Shown here: one piece after another, positions 55,760-64,000 of the stretch
How the letters are laid out: every line of letters begins with the position of its first letter
How positions within the stretch are numbered: position 1 is the stretch's first letter
The notes under the pieces: generated by a model
Told to the model about the DNA's origin: nothing
Seen by the model: the letters and a program-made list of their open reading frames with translations, nothing else
The model's database searches: none
Made by a program: the position numbers and the translations under genes
Virus record (IMG/VR): IMGVR_UViG_3300046662_000041
Span: 1-64,000 of that record
Strand: one strand, 5' to 3'
Origin: a virus
Lineage: Duplodnaviria; Caudoviricetes
DNA: 64,000 nt

Positions 55760-56766
55760 TCGGCAGGAGCCTCCTCTTTGAATTGCGGTGGAGCAAAAGC
55801 CTTTTCACGGGCGGCCGAGTATATAGCTTCAGTTAGTAAAGAGTCAAGCCTTAACCGATCGATTGCGCCTTCGCGTCCGTTGCCAAGGTGCTCTTCTCCA
55901 AAATAAAGATTCGAGCCCTTCTTCGTGATGACTTCAAGTGCAATTGCTGGATCAATCAGATTTGCTATCGGCTCGAAACCATCGCCGTAAATCTGATCAA
56001 CTTCAACTTCTTTGAAGGGCGCTGCCACTTTATTTTTGACGAACTTAATTTTTGTCTTGCAGCCAATATCCTCGTTGCCGCGTTTGATATGTTGCCCTGG
56101 CCGTACTGTCAAACGCATTGACGCAGCAAATTGCAGTGCCAAACCCCCGGGCGTTGTCTCTGGACTACCGAACATCACACCGATTTTATTGCGGATCTGG
56201 TTGATGAAGATCAGCACAGTCTTGGTACGCGACACAACGCCGCCAAGTTTGCGAAGTGCTTGAGACATAAGGCGAGCTTGCATTCCCATTTGCGGCTCGC
56301 CCATCTCACCTTCCAACTCTTTCTTCGGCACGAGGCCAGCCACAGAATCAACGATTACAATACCAAACTGCTCAGATTTGATTAGCGTCTCGGCAACCTC
56401 GAGCGCCTGCTCACCATTGTCTGGCTGGCTGACGATCAAATTATCAACGTCAACGCCGAGGCGGCGTGCGTAGACTGGATCTAATGCATGCTCCGCATCG
56501 ATGAAAGCGGCTGCTTCACCGTGCTTCTGTGCGTTGGCTAACGTCATCAGCGTAAGCGTAGTCTTGCCTCCGCTATTAGGCCCAAAGATCTCGATGACGC
56601 GGCCTCGAGGAAAACCGCCGACGCCTGAAGCGATGTCGATGCCGAGCACACCAGTCGGAATCACTTCGACATTAAGGCGGCGGGATGATCCGAGACGGAA
56701 AACTGTGCCCGCACCATGCTGCTTCTCGATCTGCGTGAATGCTGCCTTGAGCTTGTCTTTATCCAT
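55741..56766 (-). CDS. recA: RecA recombinase
   Basis: GPNSGGKTT, FIDAEHALDP, QPDNGEQALE, QARLMSQALRK, INQIR, KNKVAAPF. Confidence 0.97.
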   Translation of the reverse strand: MDKDKLKAAFTQIEKQHGAGTVFRLGSSRRLNVEVIPTGVLGIDIASGVGGFPRGRVIEIFGPNSGGKTTLTLMTLANAQKHGEAAAFIDAEHALDPVYARRLGVDVDNLIVSQPDNGEQALEVAETLIKSEQFGIVIVDSVAGLVPKKELEGEMGEPQMGMQARLMSQALRKLGGVVSRTKTVLIFINQIRNKIGVMFGSPETTPGGLALQFAASMRLTVRPGQHIKRGNEDIGCKTKIKFVKNKVAAPFKEVEVDQIYGDGFEPIANLIDPAIALEVITKKGSNLYFGEEHLGNGREGAIDRLRLDSLLTEAIYSAAREKAFAPPQFKEEAPAECTTQS

Positions 56767-57207
56767 TTAGTAATCACCGTAGCAGCAGCCCGAAGGGCTA
56801 GAGCCTGACTCAGCAATCTTTTTGTTGAGATCGTCGTAATCATCAAGCATGATCAGGATGCGTTGCCACTGATCAACAGGGATCTGAGCATATTTCTTGT
56901 TGAAGCCCACGGCCGTCTTGCCTTTCTCGGTGCGTAGGGCCCAATAATGGGCAAAGATGGATCCGCTCACGGTCGCGATTGTATAGAGGATGCCGGCGAG
57001 AACCTGATAATAGTGACCGCTCTTACCACTTAAGTATGCGAAGAGTGGACCGAACATAAGCATTTGGCTGAAGATCCAGATGCCGTTTGAGAAGATGCTT
57101 GCCTTCAAGTGGCGTAAGAGTGAGCCGGACGCGCGTGCCCGGCTCACGTAAGTAAAGCTGATATTCTGAAAGAAGAGGACTGCCATCCAATACAACCATC
57201 CAGTCAT
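56767..57207 (-). CDS. membrane protein (3 TM)
   Basis: Hydrophobic helices, QN.SFT.VSRAR motif, AAGGAG RBS. Confidence 0.7.
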   Translation of the reverse strand: MTGWLYWMAVLFFQNISFTYVSRARASGSLLRHLKASIFSNGIWIFSQMLMFGPLFAYLSGKSGHYYQVLAGILYTIATVSGSIFAHYWALRTEKGKTAVGFNKKYAQIPVDQWQRILIMLDDYDDLNKKIAESGSSPSGCCYGDY

Positions 57208-57208
57208 T

Positions 57209-57532
57209 TTAACTCCTTTTTGGATAATGCCAGGTGCCAGTCATGTGCTTGCCGACCGGCTGCCAGTTATCACATGTGATGTTTGAAGGCATTGTGCCTT
57301 CTTCCGGTACAGAAGTGACCCAGTACGTGTCGTGGCCATCGAGAAAGACTTGACCGTTGATGCCCGGTGCATCACCAAACTCGTGGTCCCAAACCTTCAC
57401 GATCAGCAGCGGATAGATATCGCCGATGCTGACATTATTGCTCGACGTGTCACCGACTTTAGTTCTGCGAGCATTTATTGTATCGATGTCATACTTCGAA
57501 AGAGTGTAAAGGACCAAGGTATTTTGCATCAC
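57209..57532 (-). CDS. hypothetical protein
   Basis: GGAGG RBS; NGQVFLDG.D.YWVTS. Confidence 0.65.
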   Translation of the reverse strand: MMQNTLVLYTLSKYDIDTINARRTKVGDTSSNNVSIGDIYPLLIVKVWDHEFGDAPGINGQVFLDGHDTYWVTSVPEEGTMPSNITCDNWQPVGKHMTGTWHYPKRS

Positions 57533-59136
57533 TTCCTCCCGTGCTGACGTTCGTATTCACCAGCAAACTCACCGTAAGGATTCCAATCCCGTGCTTCCTT
57601 CTGGACATGCGTGCAGTTGATGAAGTACTGGAAGGTCTGCAGATGCTTCTCCGTCACACCGAAGAGTTGCTGGCCGGCTGGGATCGGCTCTAAACCCCAA
57701 TTGACGCCCAATTCATTCTGACCGTTGAGTGATCCGTTTGAGATCAGCCGCGGAAAGGTCACAGGCACGTGAATATCGCCGATACATGCTCGTGCAAATG
57801 TTGCACCTTGCAGTCCATTTTTGTGGCGAAACTCTGGGCTATCAAATAAAGATCGTACTGTCTTGAGAAACGCATCCATGCTCTTAACTTGCATGTCGGG
57901 GCTATTCTTATATCCGACCTGCATGCCGTGTGCGAAGAGATGACGGTGGCCGCGAATGTCTTCGAAAATATATGGCGACATCCCCTCACGAATCGTGACG
58001 CGCGGCGTATTCTTAAATCGCTCAATCAGCATCTGGTAGATCAGCCAATCAAAAGTACGTTGCGATTGATATTTCATCGGCATATTGAAGCATGTCGATT
58101 CCCTCATGTGATTTCCACAAGTGAAGAGCAGTACAACCTCTTCCACAACGCGGACACCAGTGATCGGGTCAGGCACCGTCAACTGCAGCAGATCGTCAAG
58201 GCCAAACTTCAACATCTTAAAAGTGAAGTCGACCTGCGGCCCAATGAAAAGTGCATTGCTAACCGGGGCATCGTGAAGGTCACCATTGCCCATATCTCCG
58301 CCGTACCAGATATAAAGCTTCTTGATTGGATACATTGCACGGTGCATCGTGAGGATCTGCTTTGCCTTCTCGATCACATACCCAAAGCGATTGCCAGCAA
58401 CAGGCAGATCATATTCCGGAAATCCGCTGGTATCTCCTGGTCTGATCACATCACCAAAATGTGTGTCACTGATCAGGAATACAGCGTCCTCTGTGTGCCC
58501 TTCGTTAATGGGCAGCTTCCATTCAGGCATCTTGGCATGGCTGACCTGCGTCGTCGTCAGATTGACTGCACCAAGCTGCTGCGTGATATCGCGGATTTGC
58601 TGGAGGGCTTCCTCGTAAGAAGCCGTGCTGATCAGAAGTTTTTCACGATAGCGCTTCTCAGCCCCAAGGGACATCGAAAGCCGTTTGTTGAGCTTAAGAA
58701 GCTTTGCGTTTTCGCCAGCCAAGTCATCCTTCTGCTCCTCTGTAAATATACGAGTCAATATGGCGGAAACAGCATAAAGCTCTTTATGATCGGCAATGTA
58801 CTGCTTATTGGTCTTAGAAGTTTTATCATCCTGTTTCGTTATCGTGGCGGTCTGTTCAGCAATGAAGCCCATATCCCATTTGCGAGCAGTGAATTCCTTA
58901 ACCCGCCAGACCGTCGTGTCAATCTCGAATGCCTCGATAAGTTGCTCTAGGGTATGGATCCGCGTCTTCGGAATGGAAATTGTACGCTTACTGCCGGTCG
59001 TGGTATCTTTCTGCGGTTCTGAGGTCGGAGGAAGTATACCGCGACCTTGTCCTTGGCATCCGCAAGTTTTGTTTCGAGCGTCATACAGCTTTTCTTTATT
59101 ACAGGCAGGACACACACGCTTAAGCATTGTTGGCAT
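57529..59136 (-). CDS. calcineurin-like metallophosphoesterase
   Basis: SDTHFG, GGDMGNG, GNH, AHG, GDIH; N-terminal Cys cluster. Confidence 0.85.
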   Translation of the reverse strand: MPTMLKRVCPACNKEKLYDARNKTCGCQGQGRGILPPTSEPQKDTTTGSKRTISIPKTRIHTLEQLIEAFEIDTTVWRVKEFTARKWDMGFIAEQTATITKQDDKTSKTNKQYIADHKELYAVSAILTRIFTEEQKDDLAGENAKLLKLNKRLSMSLGAEKRYREKLLISTASYEEALQQIRDITQQLGAVNLTTTQVSHAKMPEWKLPINEGHTEDAVFLISDTHFGDVIRPGDTSGFPEYDLPVAGNRFGYVIEKAKQILTMHRAMYPIKKLYIWYGGDMGNGDLHDAPVSNALFIGPQVDFTFKMLKFGLDDLLQLTVPDPITGVRVVEEVVLLFTCGNHMRESTCFNMPMKYQSQRTFDWLIYQMLIERFKNTPRVTIREGMSPYIFEDIRGHRHLFAHGMQVGYKNSPDMQVKSMDAFLKTVRSLFDSPEFRHKNGLQGATFARACIGDIHVPVTFPRLISNGSLNGQNELGVNWGLEPIPAGQQLFGVTEKHLQTFQYFINCTHVQKEARDWNPYGEFAGEYERQHGRK

Positions 59137-59151
59137 TGGAATCCTCCAGGT

Positions 59152-59946
59152 TTAGAGAGGTAGGCTGACGTTGCCAAAAGCAGTCGGCGAAACTGAGCCA
59201 GATGATCCGCCGCGGGAAGTCAACATCCGGCCGATGTAACCGACAATAATACCACCGATAAACCAGTGCAACTTACTCTTGCGTGCGTCTGCACGAATCA
59301 AATTCTTGTCATCTTCGCAAGTCTTGTTTGCTTGAATGATTTGCGCGTCAAGACCATCAATTTGCTTGTGCAGGCCAGTGTTAAGGTCCGTAATGGCCGC
59401 AAGGTCCGTGGCTTGGTTGGCAAACTTTGATGTTAGGTCCTTCAGATCACTTTGAAGTTGCGGCACCTTTTCGAGAGCCACGACAGTCTCTTGAGCGGCC
59501 TGGCCTGTGACGGTAAAACCTTGGCCACTCATCGCAATGGCGGCCGGAGGGACATTCACAAGTGCGATCCAGCGATTGCCTAGGTCAGGAAGCGGGAGTG
59601 CACGATCAGCAATCTCTTGCTGCTTCTCGGCATTGTCACGTGCCTGAATGGATGCATCAAGTTTGGTATTCAACGCCACAATCTGGATCTTCAAAAGACT
59701 TTCTTGCTCTGCGGCCTTCTGGTTGGCTTCAGCGACGGCTGTGTTAGTCTGGACCAACGTCGTAAGCTTTTCGTGATCGATCGCCGACTGTCGGATATCA
59801 CGACGATCCATGTAGTCCAGGACCTTGAAAGTAAAGAAGAGGCCGGACGCCGCAATCAGGAGGATAACAACGAGCTTTTCATGTGCGATGACGTACTTGG
59901 AAATCTTACTCAATTCAGACGGAGAGACAGGAATGGTGTTACTCAC
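59152..59946 (-). CDS. spanin-like coiled-coil membrane protein
   Basis: N-terminal TM, long coiled coil, C-terminal hydrophobic segment. Confidence 0.5.
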   Translation of the reverse strand: MSNTIPVSPSELSKISKYVIAHEKLVVILLIAASGLFFTFKVLDYMDRRDIRQSAIDHEKLTTLVQTNTAVAEANQKAAEQESLLKIQIVALNTKLDASIQARDNAEKQQEIADRALPLPDLGNRWIALVNVPPAAIAMSGQGFTVTGQAAQETVVALEKVPQLQSDLKDLTSKFANQATDLAAITDLNTGLHKQIDGLDAQIIQANKTCEDDKNLIRADARKSKLHWFIGGIIVGYIGRMLTSRGGSSGSVSPTAFGNVSLPL

Positions 59947-59971
59947 TGTTACCTCTTGAAGGAATTTTGGG

Positions 59972-60000
59972 ATCGTACAACTAATCGTTCAGATTGTCAA
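59972..60000 (-). promoter_or_regulatory. sigma70-type promoter
   Basis: TTGACA-N17-TACGAT. Confidence 0.65.
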
Positions 60001-60269
60001 GTCCCATTTGTCGTCTGCGATTGGATTCGTTGGAAATCAAGTTCACCCAATATGCTCGTGAAGATAATACTTCGATCATTGAACTACAACACAGACACAT
60101 TGTGCCAGGCATAGCACCTTCGATAGCCAGCGTATCCAACGGCCAGCCGCAGAGCTTGCAGAAGTGTTTGCAAGTGCTCGCATCAAAACACCAGACTTCC
60201 CAATTCTTGGCCTGCTTCTCAACAAATGAGAGGCGATCGAAGGCGATCTTGCCTAGGATCCTGAGCACG

Positions 60270-61235
60270 TTAGACCTTCTTAATCTGGACATCAACACTT
60301 GCGTGGTCTTTCTTCGTGCTCGTCAAACGATAACCAGCATTCAGCCAGCGATCGATGTAGACCCTTGCCTTGTAATAATGTTTCTCTTCAAGGCCAAAGC
60401 CTAAAGTATTGACTGTGAACTGATAGCCAGCAATCGTGAAGGTCGGATTTGCACTCTTGTCTTGCAGCTTGAATGGATGCTGTGGTCCAAAGTATTGTTT
60501 GAAATCAGATTCAGAGATAACGATGGGTGGCTCGATAACCTTGTGTGTCACTGGATGATTAAGAAAGGCAGCAAAGCGCTCGATCGGTTCCGCTCCAATG
60601 CCCACATTGACAGGCAGACCGTTTGGATCGTTATATTGATCTACCGTCAGTCCGATCACCGTATCGGTGCTAGCCAGGATGATCGGGGAACCAGAAGCGC
60701 CGCCTGTACCAAACACCTGGACCAAGAATTGTCCTGGCACTGAGAAAAATCCTTTAGCTGTCGGACCGGACGAAACGTAACCGCGGCTGAGTTGTTTTGC
60801 AGCACCCATGGAAAAGTTCGGATTGATGATCGCGTCGCCGATCGCTATATCCACTGAAGAGCCGAGCTTCAGTAACGGATATTCCTTGTCTGTTTTCAGC
60901 TCAAAGATGGCAAAGTCGAAGTCCTTGTCCATTTCGTACTTTATCACAGTGACAGGCGTCTCTAGGCCATCGATGTCTTCAGCAACAGAGTAGGATTGTG
61001 CACCACTCGATTCGGCAACGCAGTGGCCTGCACTTAACAGATCATAACCACCGTCGATCTTCTGGTAAGCCCATGTCGTACACAAGAAACGCTCGTCTTT
61101 ACCTTTATGGCCGTACAAAGCAAAGGTCGCTTTGAAGAGATCGCCATCAGAGCCCCGCGGAGATTGAACTGCTAAAATTGGCAGAGCCAGAAAGCACGAA
61201 AGCAGACTCAGAAAGCACGAAAGAGAAACTTTCAT
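60270..61235 (-). CDS. secreted trypsin-like serine protease
   Basis: Signal peptide; SAGHC, DFAIF, GGASGSP catalytic triad motifs; GGGAGG RBS before ATG 61235. Confidence 0.85.
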   Translation of the reverse strand: MKVSLSCFLSLLSCFLALPILAVQSPRGSDGDLFKATFALYGHKGKDERFLCTTWAYQKIDGGYDLLSAGHCVAESSGAQSYSVAEDIDGLETPVTVIKYEMDKDFDFAIFELKTDKEYPLLKLGSSVDIAIGDAIINPNFSMGAAKQLSRGYVSSGPTAKGFFSVPGQFLVQVFGTGGASGSPIILASTDTVIGLTVDQYNDPNGLPVNVGIGAEPIERFAAFLNHPVTHKVIEPPIVISESDFKQYFGPQHPFKLQDKSANPTFTIAGYQFTVNTLGFGLEEKHYYKARVYIDRWLNAGYRLTSTKKDHASVDVQIKKV

Positions 61236-61240
61236 TTTTA

Positions 61241-61669
61241 TTACCCTCCCGACGTTGACATTACAGAGCACTTGGCGTCGATCTTCGGCGGCCCAAAATT
61301 GATTGAGCCCTCTGCTCGCCGTCGTTTCCTATCAAGAGTATGTCTGCGCTTCATCGATGTGCTTACACGGCCAGGCAACCCGTAGTGTGGACCGCCAAAT
61401 GCTTGCCGTGCCGGAGGATTCTCTGCGTAGGTTAAAGCATTGCGCAGAAATTCAAGGTCAATATCTTCTCCGAATGATTTGTTGCATCGGAAGCAAAGCA
61501 GGCCACGAATTTCTCCCGTCGCGTGGTTGTGATCAGTATAGATTGGGCCATCAGGGTCGAGAGCTTTGCCGCAGCAACCGCATTTGCCTTTCTGGAAGTC
61601 CCAGATCGCTTGCCATTGCTCAACCGTCAAACGAAACATCCGCTTGAGATAGGCAGCTTCTGGGGGCAT
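61241..61669 (-). CDS. endonuclease VII-family protein
   Basis: QKGKCGCC...DHNH.TGEIRGLLC.RCN. Confidence 0.9.
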   Translation of the reverse strand: MPPEAAYLKRMFRLTVEQWQAIWDFQKGKCGCCGKALDPDGPIYTDHNHATGEIRGLLCFRCNKSFGEDIDLEFLRNALTYAENPPARQAFGGPHYGLPGRVSTSMKRRHTLDRKRRRAEGSINFGPPKIDAKCSVMSTSGG

Positions 61670-61701
61670 GAGCCTCTCCTAAATCGTTAACTTTGTCAAG
61701 A

Positions 61702-62004
61702 CTAAAATTGAGGCCAATGAATACCCAGCTTTGTAGCAGCCATCTTCAAGAGAAACACGCCACCCGTTGTGATACCGGAAATGTAGCCAGCACGCCATGT
61801 GGCTTTCTCTTTGAAGGTATCGAAAGCATCTTTATCAAGCTTGCTCGCAATCGAGGTTTGAAGGCTGAGCTGAATACCATCAACAAAAAGACGGTCGTAC
61901 ATCTCTTTTTGCGTGGCTGCAAAAGTTTCTTGAGCTTGAGCCATTCGCGCGCACGACTGAGCGATGTCATAAACACGTTGATCGAGAGTTTGATTGTCTG
62001 CCAT
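61702..62004 (-). CDS. small coiled-coil protein with C-terminal TM (holin-like)
   Basis: Follows the tail genes; C-terminal hydrophobic segment. Confidence 0.45.
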   Translation of the reverse strand: MADNQTLDQRVYDIAQSCARMAQAQETFAATQKEMYDRLFVDGIQLSLQTSIASKLDKDAFDTFKEKATWRAGYISGITTGGVFLLKMAATKLGIHWPQF

Positions 62005-62008
62005 AGCA

Positions 62009-62662
62009 CTATCCCATGATAATCACTTGTACTCCACGGCTGCTACTGGCTGCTGGGCTTTGAAACACCAGCAAGATTGCACCCCAAGTATTTGAGATGC
62101 TATAAGTGCCACTGTATGCAAAGGTTGCAGCTACTTGGTTGAGCTCGTCTGAGGTTTCTTGGTTACCAGAGGTGAAGCCGCGACGAGTAAAACCACCACC
62201 TTCCGTGAAGGTCATGCTATTCGTACCGCTGCCGACGAAACCGACTACTAAATTATTTGTGGCAGATGACGTTACATTCCCGGTACTAATCGCCGTTCCA
62301 GTTCCAGTTCCAGTGTTAGCGCCTATCAGCGGACCCGAAAGATCAAGTCCGCTATACTCCTCTGCAAATCCTCCAACAAAAGAACTCGCTGCAATGGCGA
62401 CTGTAATCGTATTCGCGCCAGCTCTACAATTCTTCACATAGTAGCCATATATCCTCGTTGAGCCGAATGTCAACGTACTACCTGCTTGCACCCAGCTATT
62501 CCCTTGCGAGTCAGTTACATTTGAAATCGTGCTTCCATACACGATAAAGAACAGCACCAAAAGATTTCCGGCGATATTATTCGAACTGTAAGCAAACGTA
62601 AAGCTCGTGCCAGGCTGAGCGCCTCCGATAGTCCCTTGAATTTGAACAAACGCTTGTGCCAT
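62009..62662 (-). CDS. tail-associated beta-sandwich protein
   Basis: AGNLLV...VTDSQGNSW...EYSG pattern; G/S/T-rich; in the tail module. Confidence 0.6.
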   Translation of the reverse strand: MAQAFVQIQGTIGGAQPGTSFTFAYSSNNIAGNLLVLFFIVYGSTISNVTDSQGNSWVQAGSTLTFGSTRIYGYYVKNCRAGANTITVAIAASSFVGGFAEEYSGLDLSGPLIGANTGTGTGTAISTGNVTSSATNNLVVGFVGSGTNSMTFTEGGGFTRRGFTSGNQETSDELNQVAATFAYSGTYSISNTWGAILLVFQSPAASSSRGVQVIIMG

Positions 62663-62663
62663 T

Positions 62664-63698
62664 TTAGAACCTATATCCTTGTAGCGTTAAGCCAACGTTC
62701 GCAAGTGTCGCATCAGCAGTTGCTGGCCCGTCAATCTCGAGTACATCTCCTGCTACAAAAGACGCATCCGAGGCTTGCGTCCATACACCTGTTGTGCCTG
62801 ACACGGAGAAGACCACCGTTGCGAAAGACACACCGCCCTTTTTGAATGTATATGTTGTAGAGCCAGTCGCAGCCGTGTTGGCAACTGCAAAAGAGTTTGG
62901 CGCACTTGTTGGAAAGATACAAGGGCGATCCATCTTGAGATAAAGCAGTACTTGGTTGTTAGTCCCTACGCCAGGTGCAAACACGCCCACGCTAAGCGGC
63001 CGCGGCGTCCCAGAAAAGTAATTGATGCCGTCTGTCGTGATGAGTGTGCAATCACCTTGATACAAGACGACATTTTGTGCTTTGCCATCTATATTCAAAC
63101 CGTTTCGAGCGATCGTTAGGGCACCTGTGTTGATATTCTTGACAATCACGGCCCATATCGCACTAAAGGGTATCGCTGAAAGTGTGTATGTCAATGCAGA
63201 GCTTGAATCAAACGTGATAACCTGACCAGCGTCGCCTGCCTGTGCGGACGTGCTTGCTGTCTTTCGCAGGTCGCCGCCGAAGCCACCCGACAAAGAGCTA
63301 CTGCTAGAGGCAATCACGTCGACATTAACACCATCACAATATAAGATCGTATAGGCAAGTAAAGGCACGCTTACCACTTGACTGTCAGACACGAGTGCAA
63401 TCCGGCCAAGCAATGCTGTTTGGAATACAAGAGGCTCGCTGGTCTGGTTAGAAACGATGTACAGCTTTTTGGATGATGGCAGAGTTACAATGCCTGTGCC
63501 CGCGAAGAAGCCAGTGAAGTGAAAGACCATATTTGACACTGCGTCAGCAACCGGCAAAATGAGTGCCGAGCTCACCATGTTTTCAGTGACAATGTTAGTC
63601 AAAGCGAGATCGAGACCATCAAATGCACCATTGGCCGTGACCTCTTTTTGAGTTTGGGCTGCAGCAATATGCATCAGCGCAAGATTTGGTGTACTCAT
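62664..63698 (-). CDS. tail fibre/adaptor protein (GTA DUF2793-like N-terminus)
   Basis: TPNLAL...AQTQKEVT.N.A...LD. Confidence 0.7.
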   Translation of the reverse strand: MSTPNLALMHIAAAQTQKEVTANGAFDGLDLALTNIVTENMVSSALILPVADAVSNMVFHFTGFFAGTGIVTLPSSKKLYIVSNQTSEPLVFQTALLGRIALVSDSQVVSVPLLAYTILYCDGVNVDVIASSSSSLSGGFGGDLRKTASTSAQAGDAGQVITFDSSSALTYTLSAIPFSAIWAVIVKNINTGALTIARNGLNIDGKAQNVVLYQGDCTLITTDGINYFSGTPRPLSVGVFAPGVGTNNQVLLYLKMDRPCIFPTSAPNSFAVANTAATGSTTYTFKKGGVSFATVVFSVSGTTGVWTQASDASFVAGDVLEIDGPATADATLANVGLTLQGYRF

Positions 63699-63715
63699 GT
63701 TATCTCCCTGCGGTG

Positions 63716-64000
63716 TTACACATTGGCAGTAGCTTTGAAGCCGCGGCCAATGATTCCGGAATTCTGGTAGACATTTATTTTGATGCTAGCTTGTACTATA
63801 CCGAAGTCAGCGATCTGCTGTGCGGCCGTATAGCTAACTAAAGGTGAAGACAAGGCAGAGAACGTCCGCACCACAGTGTTACCATTCAAGATTTCTACGT
63901 CATAGGACTCAGAGAGCTCACTGACGGGGACCGTACCAATCCCCTCAAGCCAGTCACCACCAATCCGCGTGCGTCGCACCCAAGTGATGGTCAGATTCTT
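63716..64000 (-). CDS. GTA-type tail/host-specificity protein, C-terminal part (truncated by window)
   Basis: WVRRTRIGGDW...VP.SE.SESYDVEI...YTAAQQ.ADFG...GRG. Confidence 0.8.
   Translation of the reverse strand, partial: KNLTITWVRRTRIGGDWLEGIGTVPVSELSESYDVEILNGNTVVRTFSALSSPLVSYTAAQQIADFGIVQASIKINVYQNSGIIGRGFKATANV

Noticed and set aside
57889-58950. 353-aa plus-strand ORF
   Set aside because: Antisense shadow of the metallophosphoesterase with no motifs. The same applies to 27569-28264, 48405-49115, 22643-23179 and 14552-15118.
1-64000. CRISPR array, DGR/retron, stop-codon reassignment, canonical tRNAs
   Set aside because: I saw no spaced direct repeats, reverse transcriptase or cloverleaf tRNA by eye. 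Long conserved genes are intact in code 11 and end in all three stop codons.

Overview
This 64-kb window is part of a large tailed dsDNA phage genome, densely coded and mostly on the minus strand. No capsid, terminase, portal or integrase gene is visible, and GTA-like tail genes begin at the right edge. It contains: (i) accessory and counter-defence genes (ASCH, SLOG, NADAR, Tad1-like, Nudix/MazG, HPRT); (ii) lysis genes (GH24 endolysin, SLT, holin-like and spanin-like proteins); (iii) a 7-deazaguanine cluster (queD, queE, folE, DpdA/TGT-like) with no queC in the window; (iv) an ~11-kb cassette of 14 genes, mostly soluble glycosyltransferases and methyltransferases; (v) a replication/recombination set (PolA, DnaN clamp, DnaX-like loader, primase-helicase, SSB, UvrD, RecA, annealase, ligase). 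The most notable signals are not in the ORF track. The strongest is a circularly permuted two-piece tmRNA (~49955-50410) with a 26-codon tag ending AVAA. There is also a four-copy promoter class (GTAC-N4-GTAC-TA-TTGCNN-N17/18-TATGCT) and a four-member SYMG(I/V)R HTH paralog family. Further signals are a nitrilase-fold enzyme translationally coupled to the polymerase, a triplicated N-terminal module in the DpdA-like protein, a shared RYS(E/D)DQPRDE(H/K)GRFG peptide tag and a structured RNA at 6.4-6.7 kb. All calls come from reading motifs by eye; no database search was run.
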